Shown: positions 13,536-27,766 of the stretch, piece after piece
How the letters are laid out: each line of letters opens with the position of its first letter
Numbering within the stretch: position 1 is the first letter of the stretch
Source: the human T2T-CHM13v2.0 reference genome, Homo sapiens
Assembly (NCBI RefSeq): GCF_009914755.1
Contig: NC_060928.1
Strand: one strand, 5' to 3'
DNA: 64,000 nt
The notes under the pieces: generated by a model
Database searches by the model: none
Told to the model about the DNA's origin: nothing
What the model saw: only the letters and a program-made list of their open reading frames with translations
Program-made: the position numbers and the translations under genes

Positions 13536-15086
13536 ATATTCCTGAGACTCTCACTTGTATATAGTCCTTCCCAGACCACTGCTTTGCATTCATGATCCTA
13601 TTTCCCTCATCTGGGAATGGAGGGTGCCATGCTTTTGAATGAAAGCCTTGCTGACTAATGTTCTCACAAAGAAAGACCATGGCCCTGGAATGTATCCAAT
13701 GTAATCCAGTAGTTACCCTCGGGGTGCTCCATTCCTAATTCCTTTAGCTTTGGGGCTCTGCATATCTGACCTGGGGCTCGGCTGACAGGGAGCACCTGAT
13801 AACTATCACTGGTTAAAGGTAGCATGTTCAGGCATCTTCAGAACCCTCTCTTAGGCCAACATCATGAACCCTATTAGTGCTCCATGAATTTGCTGCTACT
13901 GCTTCTAATGCTCCCTTGAGGACTTGGGAACCTGGATCACATGTGGAAAGGGATTTGGACTAATGTGTTTCCTAAGCTCAGGCACCCACGGAGGTTGCAG
14001 AAACTGACACCTCATAGTTCCTAAAAGGGATTTTGTGGAAAGTAGAGTGAACGATGGTAGGCTGAATGAGGGATGCTGGCATACGTCTTTGATCTTACTA
14101 AATTGAAGAGATGAGCAGAGCTTGTAGATGTGATGTGTAACCTATAATTTGAAAGGCAAACATGGACTTTTGTGGGCTGAAACATTTTGACCAACATCTA
14201 GAAAAAGGCATTCAGAATACAGGTATCAGGGTAAGCTGCTTATATTTAGTGCAGGAGGACGGACTGTGCTAAGAAAGAAGGATAGCTCATGAACCAGTCA
14301 ACTGATGGTTGATGGCTGTTGGATGATTTTTCTCCCTTTTTAATTTTTGTTTTTGGGAGAAGAGGGTGTTCAGGTAGCAGTAAGATCTTCAGAGTGTTTG
14401 GCAAACTTTTCCAAAGTATGAATTGGCAGGGATCCATCCGTTAAATCAAATGACCAGATAGGCCCTCTCCATCTCTCCTCTCCTCCAGCCCTAGGAATTA
14501 ATCTGGTCAAGAAAGACACAGCAAATTTGCTCTCATGCAAGGCAACCCTCGTCATTCTGGCTCATTCTCAAAGTCAGGCTCAAGGTCATTTCCGCGAGTG
14601 CCCTTGAGCACATCCCAGCTTCTGGCTGGACTCTAAACTAAATGAGCCTCTCTGAGGTGGGTGCTCGAGACGGGAAGGACCGTGGAAGAGCCAGACCCCG
14701 AGAAGCGATCGCATCAACAGTGAGACTCACAGCGGTCAGCAACCTGGTGTCCAGTAAGCTTTCCTGGACATCAGATAGCTATGAAATAACATTTTGATGA
14801 ATTAGGTAAAAAATGAATCACAAACATGTGGAATACATTTTCTTCACTGCACTCAGGATTTAAAATTTACAAGGCAAAGTATTTGGCTACATTTGCCAAA
14901 CCCAAGAAGCATTTGAAAGGAAGCCAGCAAAAGATGTTTCATGGAGACCGGCTGGGTTTGCTCTGCTTGGCTCATAAAGAGGGTCTGTAAGGAAATCCCT
15001 GCAGCCTCTCCTGGCACCCGTAGCCCCCCTTACAGACACTTCCTTGGGAATGGGGTCTGAGAGCATCTGGTCATTTCCTCGCCTAC

Positions 15087-15210
15087 CAGGTCCGAAGGCC
15101 AGGAAGATGCCCCGCATGTCCATGAGCTCGTTGTCGTAGCCGTGCCATCCACGCTGCCAACCTTCCCGCCTGCCGGTGCTGTTCATCCAAAACGGAAGCA
15201 TCTCTCGATT
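15087..15210 (-). CDS. ENPP6: ENPP6 coding exon (exon 7), 124 bp, with GWHGYD motif
   Basis: Translates [41 protein letters not shown]. Acceptor ggtttcag, donor gtaggc. Confidence 0.97.
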
Positions 15211-15288
15211 CTGAAACCAAGCAAGGCAGACACATGACACTACGTCCTGACCGTGGCGCTGAGCGGGCATCTGCTCCAAGCCGCCACT

Positions 15289-15302
15289 CCACCGGGGGGC
15301 GC
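15289..15302 (+). promoter_or_regulatory. Candidate CTCF binding motif
   Basis: ccaccggggggcgc matches CCASYAGRKGGCRS at 13 of 14 positions and lies in a CpG-rich patch. Confidence 0.55.
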
Positions 15303-15519
15303 TTTCCTCCTCTGCGCTCCGACTGACCCAGACTGACCCAACCTCCGCTGCGGCACTTCCTGCTCCAGGCCGCTCAGACCTCGGGCAGCAGCCTATTCGA
15401 TTGCTAAGCGCTGTGGTTAACAAGGTGTTTTCCTACGTGGGGCTGAATTGTCTCCCGTAATCAGTTTTAGAGCCACTAAATATAGTAAGTTAGTGGCAGA
15501 AGGGATGTTAAAGTGTATC

Positions 15520-16215
15520 TGCGGTGTCATAAAAATGTATTTGGTCTTTGTCCCAGGTTTCTAACCTAGAGCTCCTAAAACCAGGGGTACAATTTCCTGA
15601 GGATAAGAATGTCTTTCGCTTTTCATTCATAAGGAGCTACTTTCTCCCACACCTGAGTTAATGCTACTGAGAGGGGTCCTGGGGCTGGGGGCTAGACAGC
15701 TTCAGGGTGGGGACTGGCCACCAGAGGAACCAGACCGGGGGAGGGAAGAGGAGCTGGAGACTTGAGTCCAATCACCTGACCCATGATTTCCTCACTCACG
15801 TCTGCGCGATGAAGCCCCACGTGAAGCCCACGGGGCGTGCGGTTCCGGAGCCCCTCGGGAGTGGAAGCTCTGCGTGCCTCACCTCCCATGCTTTCTTTCC
15901 CACGGGCCTCTCTATGTGGTGCCTCTCTAAGGGCCATCCATTACAATAAAACAGCCATCTTAAATATAGTGTGCTTTCCTGAGTTCAGTGATTTGTCCTA
16001 GTGAGTGATCAAACCTGAAGTAGGGTCATGTGACCCCTCGAATGTAGCCAAATCACACACAGGTGCCGGCAGCCTGGGGACCTGGGACTTGTGGCTGGCC
16101 TCTGAGTGGGGGCTGTCCTGTGGGATGGAGCCCCTTGACCTGTGAGGCCCACTCTAACTCCAGGTATTGTTGTCAGCATTGAACCGAATGGCGGGATATC
16201 CAGTTGATGGAGAAT
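15520..16215 (+). mobile_element. MER21-like ERV LTR
   Basis: tatttggtctttgtccc...agagctcctaaaacc...aatttcctga and ctagacagcttcagggtggggactggccaccaga are typical MER21 segments. Internal aataaa near 15945. Confidence 0.7.
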
Positions 16216-16894
16216 CTTAGGGAACCAGTATCTATCTAATCACATTTCCTAGCAAAGCAGCCGGACCCAGAAGGGTCTCCTCAGCAAATCCCAACTCCCT
16301 TTCCCATGCAGCCCACCCTGCCTTTCTTCCTTCTAGCCCTGCCCTTGGGAGCAACTCCAAGCCAGCCTCCTCTCCTCCGTTAATGAGCACACTGGAAGAT
16401 GGCACCTTTGCTCCCCTTGTCCAGGCTTCACAGACCTTAATTTCCCTCAACCACTCTTCCTTTGGGATGGGTTCCGGAACCATCACTTCCCGACACACTT
16501 CTTTTCTTTGGAACCCAATTTTCTTAGACTACAGCTGATCACTTGCTATGAAATAGAGGGCTGAGAGAAGGCTTTGCAAGTCCTACAGAGGCTGCAGCCA
16601 GCTGAGCACAAGCCTAGCCATGCACCTCAGAAGCCACTCATTCTTCTAAGACCTCGCCAAGGACGAACGGCCCATCCTTGCTAGGCAGGTTTCAATATTA
16701 CAAATATTTACTATTTCAAATGCAGGAGGTAGAATTTGCTGGTCGTGATGAATGAGTAGAATCAAGACCACTAAGCTACCAGCAATTTACAGGTTGGCTC
16801 ACAAGACTAGTATCATGTGTTTAGTGAGCCAAGCAGTTCGCCATAAGCTGACACCAACGTCCACTGAACCATCACAACATCCCAGTGGGGATGA

Positions 16895-17010
16895 TACCAT
16901 TTGCCCCATTTTGTAGTTGAAGGGACTAAGGCTCAGAGAGGTTAAGTGACAGTCAGAGTCACACAGCTAGTGCAAGGCAGGGCTGGGATTGGAACCCAGG
17001 TCATCTATCT
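16895..17010 (-). mobile_element. MIR
   Basis: ccccattttgtagttgaagggactaaggctcagagaggttaagtgac is the reverse-strand MIR core. Confidence 0.8.
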
Positions 17011-17144
17011 CCCGGTGCCTGGGCCCCTTCCACTCCACACTGCCAGAGGTCACTGCAGTGCTCCTGCTGGCAGCGGCCAGTGAGGTGTCACCTTGCACTT
17101 CACATCCTCACTCACGGAGTGTGGCCAGACACAAAGCACTAACA

Positions 17145-17335
17145 GGATTTTGGAACTGGGTTGGTGCAGTTAGGTGGGTTAAATTCCAGCTGCTACTTTC
17201 TAGCTCTGGGATCTTGGCTGTTTCACTTCTCTGAGCTGCAGTCTCCCTGCTGGTCCTGGCCACCTTGCAGGGTCTGTGGGGGATGTCATGACTGTGTGCT
17301 AAGTCCCTGACACACAATAGGTGTTCAATAGGTGG
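17145..17335 (+). mobile_element. MIR
   Basis: gggttaaattccagctgctactt...cacaataggtgttcaatagg resembles MIR. Confidence 0.6.
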
Positions 17336-18948
17336 CAACGGTCTGGTCCGCAGATGCCCCTGGCCATGGGGCCAGGTGCCCGGGCAGTATGCAGCCGGGC
17401 AGTGTGGGTTGTGAGGGCTGAGCCTGCTTGTGCTTATTTAGCTGTCATATCACATTGCACAGCCATCTGCTCTCACCCCATAAATCGCCCCCTCGCATTG
17501 CAGCTTTCCAAGTTTCTCTGTTTCCTGAGTTTCCCGCATCCCTCGTCCCTCCTTCTCCAGCTGTGGTTCGTGTTTTTCCATGGGAAGGTTTCTTTCACTT
17601 ACTGCATCTCTAACTTTCTCTTTTTCTTCCTTATCTGTCCATGGTGATGATCACAACACATCCCAATTTAGTCTCGTCAGCTGATTTAATGTGTTGCTTC
17701 TCCCTCTCACAGTCTACAAGGCGGTGAGCACTGAAGCACGAAGTAGAACACTTTTGCTATTAACAACCTCACCAATTATGAACCTCATAGTCTGTGTGTG
17801 CCCCATGGCAAAGAACAGAAGCAAGATAGATGAAGACTGATGGCCTGATTTAAGACTTACAGCCTAGATTCCACAAATAAACACACAAAGCAGTGAAAAA
17901 CCCCAGCCCTGAAAGTGATTTTGGATCTTTCTAGTCGTAGGTAAATCCACTCATTTTTATTAAAATAACAAGTTGCCCCAGAAAAACAATTGCTCTTACT
18001 GATGAAAAAATCATAGCCACCTGGCGGGTCAGGTGCACAGGTAACTGTGTGGTGTAAGTGATGGACTCAGCCTTCATTTCACAATGCTGCAGCCATGATT
18101 TCCTTCTTTTTCCTCTGCCAGTGGCTTTTAGCACCTTTGCTTTGTACCTCACATTATCTTCTCAAGGGCATACAGCTGAGGCCAGGCCCATGAAGAAGGG
18201 CCCGCCACACACCTCTCCACCTCCACAGTGGGAATGTCCATCTGTGGATCCGCAAGCTCCTGGTTGGCTTGCTGACCCCATCCAGCCACTGCGGGGCCCA
18301 GGGACTGCCACACAGAGCCACCTAGTGACATCCGGGGAGGCGCCCCAGCCCTCCAGATCTGGCCGAAGGTGAGAAAAAAGGGTAGAGGGTGGGCTTGTGT
18401 GTGTGCGTTCAGGCAGAGTGGGGCCTCTAAGTGGGATCCCACTGTAGGGTGGGCAGCCAACTCCCAGGGTGGCAGGAAGCACCCAGTTCTCCTGCAATGT
18501 GTGCTGGAGGGGGTGTCTCCCCACTCCTCAACTGGTGGGGAGGGAATTCACTCCATGCAGGCAGAGAAGGAGTGGGGTGCCCCAGGTAAGAGGAGTCCCA
18601 GGCGATGGTGGAACGTCCCTGCCAGCATGTGGGAGAAGCCCATGATTTCAGGGCCGGTTTATTCAGTTCTACGGATGTGGACTGAGCTCTGGATTCGTGC
18701 CAGGAACTCAGCTAGGCTTCTGGGGTCGGGGCCACAGAGGTGGAGGGCGGCTCCTTCCCCTAACAGAGCTCAGCTTTAGTGAGGGAGGAAGGGGGCTGCA
18801 GCTGCTGGGCATTGACTCCAGAGTAAGTCAGTGCCAGGAGTGGGTGCCCGAGCCTGAAGGAGGGAGGGAGGCTCAGGCCCCAGGGAGGCCTTCAGCAGTG
18901 GGGACACAGGAGGAGGCCGAGGGGAGAGTCAGTCAGTGGGGACGCAGC

Positions 18949-19145
18949 TGTGTGCATGCAACCTACATGCATGTAAACACATGTGTGCATGTGTGTGTGA
19001 ATGTGTGTGTGCATGAGTGTGTATGTGCCTGTGTATGAGAGTGTGTGAGTGCATGAGTGTAAGCATGTGTGTGCGTGTGTATATGTGAGTGTGTGTTTAT
19101 GTGTGTCTGTGTTGCACGTGTGTGTTAATGTTTATGTGTGTGAGC

Positions 19146-19179
<34 letters not shown>
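18949..19179. repeat. Degenerate (TG)n microsatellite ending in a pure TG run
   Basis: About 230 bp of TG/TA/CA-alternating sequence. Confidence 0.95.
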
Positions 19180-19181
<2 letters not shown>

Positions 19182-19428
19182 CACTGGGGTAGGGAGATGG
19201 GGAGGAGAAATCAGGATGAGGAGTCCACACAGGGAGTCCAAATAAAGAGGGTGGGGTCGCTCCAAGGGTCCTGCAGTGACAGAATCCTGGAACTCCAAGA
19301 GCGGAGGAGCCCTTGAATGACCTGGGTGGGAAAGATGGAAAGAAAGCTGCCATCAGAGAGAGACAGCTGGAAGAGCCAGGAGGTGAGAGGAACTGGGTTG
19401 TTTTGCTAGCGAGGTTTTGCCAACCAAA

Positions 19429-19538
19429 CAGGGTGACCAACTCTCCTGGTTTGCAGCTGAGAGGGTTTCAGGGATGCAAGGCTTTCAGTTTGAAAACCAG
19501 GACAGTCCCAGGCAAACCAGGACAAGTTGGCCATTGTA
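19429..19538 (+). mobile_element. MER81-like hAT MITE
   Basis: cagggtgaccaac...gttggccattgta terminal inverted repeats, ~110 bp. Confidence 0.8.
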
Positions 19539-22500
19539 CAGTCAGCACTATATTAGGAATTTAGGTAACATCTTCACCCAGGGTGATATGTTCAGCACTT
19601 CCCAGTGCCTTCCAGGACCCCTCCTCTAGACAGGGGTAGACAGCAATGCCAGGACCCTCCTTGATGAGCCCCTCAACCAGTTAATCATTTCTAACAGGAA
19701 GGAACCAGAAACAAGTCGCCCCACACCAGGACGCGCGGTGAGAAGCGGCTGCGAGGGTGCCTTCAGGCTTGCGCGCTTTCCTGCCGGTGCCTGCATTCTC
19801 TCTGGGCGCCTGCACTCCATCGCCAGCTCCCCATGATAATGCCTGTTATATGCTTGCATTGATTTGGGAAGCCAAGGAATAATTATGAGATAAGAGTTAT
19901 AATTTCTAGACCAGGCCTTTGTCTCAATCATCCTTAGCATTAAAATGAAAAGAAAATGCAACATTTGCGCTTTACCTCCGAATCAGAAACCCAGTAAATA
20001 CAGTTTGTTCGACACTTGCCAGGGCCCATCCGTTTGCATTCAGCATTGTAGGATTCCTTTGAGTGCTGAGCTGAGCTGTGCTGTCTGGGGAGCACACTCA
20101 GAAATGCGAGGCTGCGCTGGGAATGAAAGTGCAGGCAGAGGGAGGGGTGGAAGGACAGGACGAGGCGAGGAGCACTGAGTGGTCCATGTTCATTATTTGC
20201 CGTTTCACATGGGCAAGGTGTGGCTTTGGCAAACTCTAGGGGCATTTACTTGTCTTTTCATGATGCATTTTTGGAATACATGATCATATATATTTCTTGC
20301 CCATTCCTTCCTATTTCTCTCCACCATATACAGGAGAATGGTTGCTAAGCTGGGGAGAATAACGGAGGAGGCTGGTGGCCAACAGCTGCCCAACATCCGG
20401 CCTCCAGCTGTGTCCTGCATCCCTAAATGTCTCCTCCCGAGGTGGCTGGAGGGTTGAAATCTGTCTTCTCTGCCATCCCTCCCCGAGCAGAGGCGCTGTT
20501 TCAGGGCCTTGCCTGGTGCGTCCTGCTCTGCCTGGTGCTGCCCCTCTGGCCTTCCCACAGAGGCCACAGTGTCGCTCCCTGCTGGAAACCAGCGTGCTCA
20601 CCGTCCACACCGGTGCATCCCATGCTGGCTGCTCAAGGACCACCCTGAGCTCAGCCTGGACCTGGCTCCGGGATATTTGCATTCAGCAGGTCAGGAGGAG
20701 TTGAGGAATCTCTTCTTAATGTCCCCCAGGTGGTCGGGATGTGCAGTCAGCCATGAGAACCCCTAGAAGCTGCTCACCTGGCATCTGCCATGGGCCATGT
20801 GAAAGGATGATTGTCCTTTTCTGAGAAGTGCCTGAGATCAGGGACTGTGCCTCATGTCCCTTTGTGTGGCACTGGGCAAGCAACACGGGCCTCCCTCTTA
20901 GAAAGTTCAAAGGGCTTCAAGGGACTGCAGAGTGAGGCACAGGATCAGCTGGTACAGGGCTGCTTTCCAACAGGCGGGAGCCAGGGTGGCCCTCCAGCTG
21001 CTCCAACAGGTGCTTCATTCTCAAAGGCCGGCGCCCATGGGATGCTGGTTGTTACACATTTTGACTATTGTGTCTCCTTTCAACTACTGAAAGTATAATT
21101 CTCATGGGGTGTGGGGTCAGGGACCCAAGTTCTTCCCTTTCTCCCTTGAGGCATCACAACAGGTCTCCAGGGAACTGGGGAACACCGTTGAAATCTGGTC
21201 AGATTAAAATAAAAGGTGAAACCTATCTAAGGTGTATTAGAGGCCTAATAAAAATCTACTTTTTTCTTCTAGGACACGGTTATAACAGAAGCCTCCCACC
21301 TCCCTGAAAATACAATACACTTCTGACATCCTCCCAGTCTAAGAAAAGGCACCAACAATGTTCAAGTCATGGGTGGCTTCAGTGAAAACGCTGGTGAAAT
21401 GATGACAGTTTGGCTGGCTTGGATGGTTTTGCTGCTAGTGTGAAGGTCAAGATATGGTTTCTATTATAAACCACGCTTTCTCATATTTTGTGGCATTGCT
21501 ATTTTAAATTGTCCTGCAAAGAGGCTTCCAGCCAGCAGGACTCTTTGGAGCCCGTGGGAGTGGTGGTTATGAGCCTTGGAGATGTGTTTGCCACATGCCG
21601 CTCCAAAGGGATGTTCCTCTAACCATTTCCCTTTCTCTGTCTTTCTGAAACAGAATGTAATTGCTCAGGCCTCGGCCTGCTGGCCTGACCCCAGCGAGCC
21701 CCTGGCCACACACTGCTTGATCCTCGAAATGGAAAATGCAGGCAGCCAAGTCAGCAGGGATCCGGCGACGCAGACATTCTCGGAGTGGAGCAAAGCGCTG
21801 GAGAAAAGCACTTAGTGGATGGGGTTTCTTTCTTCTTTTCTTTTCTTTTTTTTTTTTGAATCACGTTGATTGCAGTGCGCCCAGGCTGAGGAGGGTATGC
21901 CTGTGCTCCCACACAGCTCCCACAGATGGCCCTGGTCACCATCAGAACGCATGCAGCTTCCCGCCCCACATCTGACTTTCTGAAGCTCAGGCAGGCCTGG
22001 ACAATACCACACTAGCTGTCACTAAAGCTCCGAAGCCACGTTTTCCAGATTGTCTTGATTTCCCCAGATATTTTGAGTCCAGGCCTCACAGCCATTCAAC
22101 CACAGGCTTTAGAATTGAGCCTGGCATTTCATATCCTTTTCCAGTTTTCAAAATAAGTCTTTCCTCTGGAGAAAAATATTGGCCTCCTTTAGAAGCTTGG
22201 GCCTGAATTTGCTGCATTTCTCTCAAGTCAGGCAGGGGTCCAGACCATGTTCTACGATCTTTCACCTAGCTCTGGGGAAATCTTTCCCCATCCTACCTTT
22301 GTGAGCATGGTGGCATAAAATGGACACTGTCCAGGAGAGGCTGCAGGAATTAGCCCTTCAGGGCTGGGGAGAGCTGTGTCCTGCCCTTGGACTGTAGCTC
22401 TGGGTCAACTGAGGTCAGAAGAATTTGTACTTTCAACACCTCTTCCCTGTTGAAATTTCTTCTGGGGCTACTAATAATTAACCAAGCTTGAAAGCCTGAC

Positions 22501-22594
22501 TTCGCTTTCTTCTCTGTTTACTTGGTGACTGGTTTACACACCAACCAAGTGAACAATCTGTCAATAAGTAGTCAGGAATCAACTGTCTCAATAT

Positions 22595-22870
22595 TTAATA
22601 ATTCATACCACCCACTAACATCTACTGAGACTCTACTGTGTACAAGTTCTATGATGGGAAACAAAGGTCAAGATGCCAAAGACCTGCCCTCAGGGAGCCT
22701 CCACTCCGGCAAGGCAGAGTCCAAAACAGACAAACAAATGTAGCATCAGGTCTTACAGAAATTCCAAGCTGGAGAACATTAGCAACTCTTGAGTGTTTCC
22801 TGGAAGAGATGGTGTTTGAGTTGGGCTTTGAAGGACAGGGAGGGATTGGCACAGAGAGGGCATTCCAGAG
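22595..22870 (-). mobile_element. L2 fragment
   Basis: gacctgccctcagggagcc and ttcctggaagagatggtgtttgagttgggctttgaagga are L2-like. Confidence 0.65.
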
Positions 22871-23868
22871 ATTCTACTGATTATTTATTAAGCTGATTGA
22901 AGTTACTTGGGCGAGCACGGTTACCCCTCCCTGACCACTAAATTCCCAACACTTAAGTCTTGCACTGGAAGAATTGTTTTCACAACCAGAAAAATTTTGG
23001 TTCGGGTCTATGCAAATCATCCATGTTGGTGATAAGAAAGAAAGAAAGGGGCTGGGGTAAGGAAGAATAAAAGGAGATAAATTGGGCTTGGAACAACTGT
23101 AGAGGTTTTTGCAGTATGACACGAGCAAGAAAATTTAAAAGGATGATGGTAGAACTTCTGTTTCTGCAAGTGTGAAGGAGCCAAGATGTAGCTCTAGACC
23201 CCACAGAAGCCAGAAGGGTGAGTCTGTAACTGGGAAACACGATGTTAGAAACACATTGAACATTCTGCTGAAATGTTTAGAACATCTTAGAAGAACTGGA
23301 TGGGACTGTGTGCTTCATGGCTAGACTTGAATTCAAGTCCTGGGTTAGTTGCTCAGAGATTTGTAACCATAGGCAAGATACCTAAAATGCTGAGCCGCCA
23401 TTAACTCAGTAAATACAGTATCCACAATGCAGAGAGAGTGAATTGAGGAGGTACTTCATTCCAGATAGCCACTATTGTTATGGTTGTTATTGACCAAAAT
23501 TATTTTTAAAATCCCCATATTTTTATTATCTGCAAAATATAAAATAACTTGATGTGTATGTCATTGAAACTTTTGGGAGGGCCATAGGGAGCTCTTTCCA
23601 AAGTCTACGATGATCCAGGCAAGAAAAATTAAGATTGTTGTTCACAGCAACCAGTATTACTAATTAAAGGTGTATGAAATCACATTGACAGTCTGTTTAG
23701 TGGGTCAGTGTAAGGATTTTCGTGGAACTGCTCATGACCTCAGTTATTTAACTCTGTTCTTCCCATGAGCTATGAATTACATTACCCTGAAGATGATGGA
23801 TCATGATCCTCCCCTGTAAAAATTCCCTGTGGTTTCCCACTGAACTTAAGATCAAAAATACCAAGTTG

Positions 23869-24160
23869 TTTTTTTTTTTTGAGATGGAATCTCTCTCTGT
23901 CTCCAGCTGGAGTGCAGTGGCGCAGTCTTGGCTCACTGAAACTGCCACCTCCCAGGTTCAAGTGATTCTCCTGCCTCAGCCTCCCAAGTAGCTGGGATTA
24001 CAGGCACATACCACCATGCCCGGTTAATTTTTGTATTTTTAGTAGAGACAGGGTTTCATCACGTTGGCCAGGCTGGTCTCGAAATCCTGACCTCAGGTGA
24101 TCCGCCTGCCTCAGCCTCCCAAAGTGCTGATATTACAGGCATGAGCCACCATGTCCGGCC
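23869..24160 (-). mobile_element. AluS inserted in an L2
   Basis: TSD caaaaataccaagt at 23853-23866 and 24162-24175. Confidence 0.93.
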
Positions 24161-24179
24161 ACAAAAATACCAAGTCTTA

Positions 24180-24710
24180 AAATAAAAAATACCAAGTCCT
24201 GGCCCAATGGTCCCTTGCTTACCTAAGCAGCCCCATCTTGTTGCCACGTCCCCTCTCCCAGCTCCCCACACTTGGCCACCTGGCCCATTCTTTCCATTCC
24301 TCTCACTCTCAAAGGTCTTTCCTGGCTCAGGTTCTTCAAGAAGCCCATTCCCTCAGCCTGGAGGGCACTTCCTCTTCCCGCCTGACCACTGAGCACTCCT
24401 CCTCTGGGTTTCAGCCTCAAGCTCCCTTCTCAGAGAGGGCCCCCCCAGCCCCTCATCTATATCGGTCTCCTGTTGCCCCCACCCCAGTACCCTCTTTCAT
24501 GGCACTCTCTGTGTCCATGACAGCTCTTACCATGGCGACTTATTTGTGTGGCATGCGTGTTTATTTAGTGTCTAGTGCCTTCACTAGCAGGGAGGGCAGG
24601 AGTGGGGGCAAGGACTCCCAGTGGCTCCCCACTGTGGAATTAGAACTTCTCATTGGCCGTCGCTGTAGTCGGCACTCAGCACATATCTGCTGGTTCGCTA
24701 GGTGCACGAT
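24180..24710 (+). mobile_element. L2 fragment
   Basis: Pyrimidine-rich L2-like 3' region (cagcctcaagctcccttctcagagagg...gcactcagcacatatctgctg). Confidence 0.6.
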
Positions 24711-25343
24711 TGCTGAGGCACACGGCCTTCGCGGTCGGGGATGGAAGAGCGTGCTTGAGTCTGCTGCAGACTACCCACAGCCCTTCTCCACTTGGCATTT
24801 TGCTGTGTTGTGCCTGACTCTCCCACAGTTTAGCATCGCCGAGCCTGCCTCCTCAGTGTCCCTGGCCCACCGTGACATTGTGACAACCCAACCTGCCCCA
24901 GGCCCCTGGGGGAGGGAGTGGCAGGGTGACCCACTGAGAACCACGGTGGAGCCAACCTGGGCGGGACTTCCGTGCTCTGGGGAAGAGTGTGATCTTCATC
25001 CCCTGTGGGAAGATGCAGGGCAAAGTCTTTCCAGAAGACAGGGAACAGGTCTCAGGCAGGACTTCCATGAGGAAGGCCCATTTCCTATCCTTGAAGCAAA
25101 GAGCTTGGCTGGGGTGACGGGCTCAGGCTGGACCTGTGGAGGCAGCCTGTGCTTTACCTCTTTCTGTTTTATCCTATGGGAATAAGAACACTTCAGATTT
25201 CTCTCCTTTCAGGACAGGAGGCTGGAGAAAGGACTGACAGCGGTTGGAAATCCAGCTGGTTTATTAAAGAGTGCAGGGGCAGAGGCAAACTGGGGGCCCT
25301 TGCTTTGCTATGGCAGGGTCAGCAGTCCCGCTGGATGACTGTG

Positions 25344-25796
<453 letters not shown>

Positions 25797-26597
25797 CTAA
25801 GAAATCCTAAGAAAAAGATAAACTCAATTAAGTCTTCCTGTTAGTGCAGCCGCCTTAGAGTCTGCAAGACTTAAATTTATGGTAGAAAGTTGGTGTGTTT
25901 TGGGGAAGGGCATTTTTACCAAGGAAACCAAATCTTCCATGTTTCTGGGATGGCGGCTACAGGCAGAAAGGAGTGGGGGACAGGACTCTAGTGGCTGTCA
26001 CCCAGCATCACCATGTCCTGACTCAGCTGTTTTCCTAATCATGGCTAAACCAGAAACCAGTCTCATCTGCCAGCCGAACTCAGACCCAGAGAGGCTGCTT
26101 TCGGGCCGAGAGTCTTGCCATGCCACAGATGTGAAGTCTAAGCCAGCCCTGAAACGTCATCGCATGCACTGTGGATGGGTGTGTAGGTTTCAGGGCAAAA
26201 CTTAACATTCTTTTACCATTTGGGGAGAAGTTTAGCGAATAGGAAAGTGAGAGATTAATAGCCTTGGCACAACGCAGAAACGAGGATATAGAATGGGGTT
26301 TTTAATTCTCTGCTGTCAAGAAAGGATAAAGAACAATCGAACGATGTCAAAGGAAGAAGTTTAAGCCAATAAAGAAAGAATGGGCACTTGTTTTGGGGAT
26401 TTCTCAGAAAACAAATAAATAAAGCCCCAATGTTATATTAAAGTAGAATCAGAAATTATAGCTTTTACATATGGTGTCTTAATAATAAAAATTTGTAAAT
26501 TCCAGGATAGAAGTAAAATGATTAAGATCTTTAGTCTAGGAAACTGCAGAGTCAATTAAAAGATATCTCAGTGTCTCTCAGGACTCAGGGACGATTA

Positions 26598-27113
<516 letters not shown>

Positions 27114-27766
27114 TCATCAGGAGAATTCGAAACAGGAACTGGGATGCACTTAATTCAAGAGAGCTATTATTATGCAGTAGTTGTCACTGACTAAAATTTA
27201 AACAGACATTTTTCTTGATGTATTTATTATCTGCAAGGTGTAAAATAACTTTCTATGCATGTCATTGAAGCTTTGGGGGAGGGGTCATTCTAGAGCTGCT
27301 ACGGATCCGGGCGTGATACATGAAGATGAATTTCGCAGCCCTTATCATTAGTAATTAAAGGTGTGTGAGCCACCATGGATAGTGTATTAGTGAGCAACCC
27401 TCATCTTTCAGAGCTAATCTTATTTTTTCATACCCTATTTATCTTATTTCTGATGTTCTTTTGTTTCTTTTTAAAGTTTCTACTTCACTTATCTTTGAAA
27501 TTACCTCAAATCTTCCTTTGGAAGTGATTGTATATGTTAAAATGCTGCTCTAATAATTGTCAATAGCTAAGCATTCTTCCTTTCTGTTCTGTGGCTTCTC
27601 CCTAAGACATACAATACAGTACTGGTTAGCCCTTGCTAACTGATGGTCTCACTTCTGATTTATTCAGACAAACGTGTGTGTGTGTGTGTGTGATTTGTCA
27701 ATGCATACAAAAGTAATATATAATAGAACATAACATGGTCAACGCTGATTTGTCGGTTTCCTACAG

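Noticed and set aside
23853-24199. Three copies of aaaaataccaagt, array-like
   Set aside because: Two copies are the Alu TSD and the third is a short local slippage duplicate. It is not a regularly spaced array.
24238-25185. 315 aa plus-strand ORF
   Set aside because: Non-ATG start, overlaps L2-like sequence, no recognisable domain, and antisense in an intron. Consistent with a chance ORF in GC-rich DNA.
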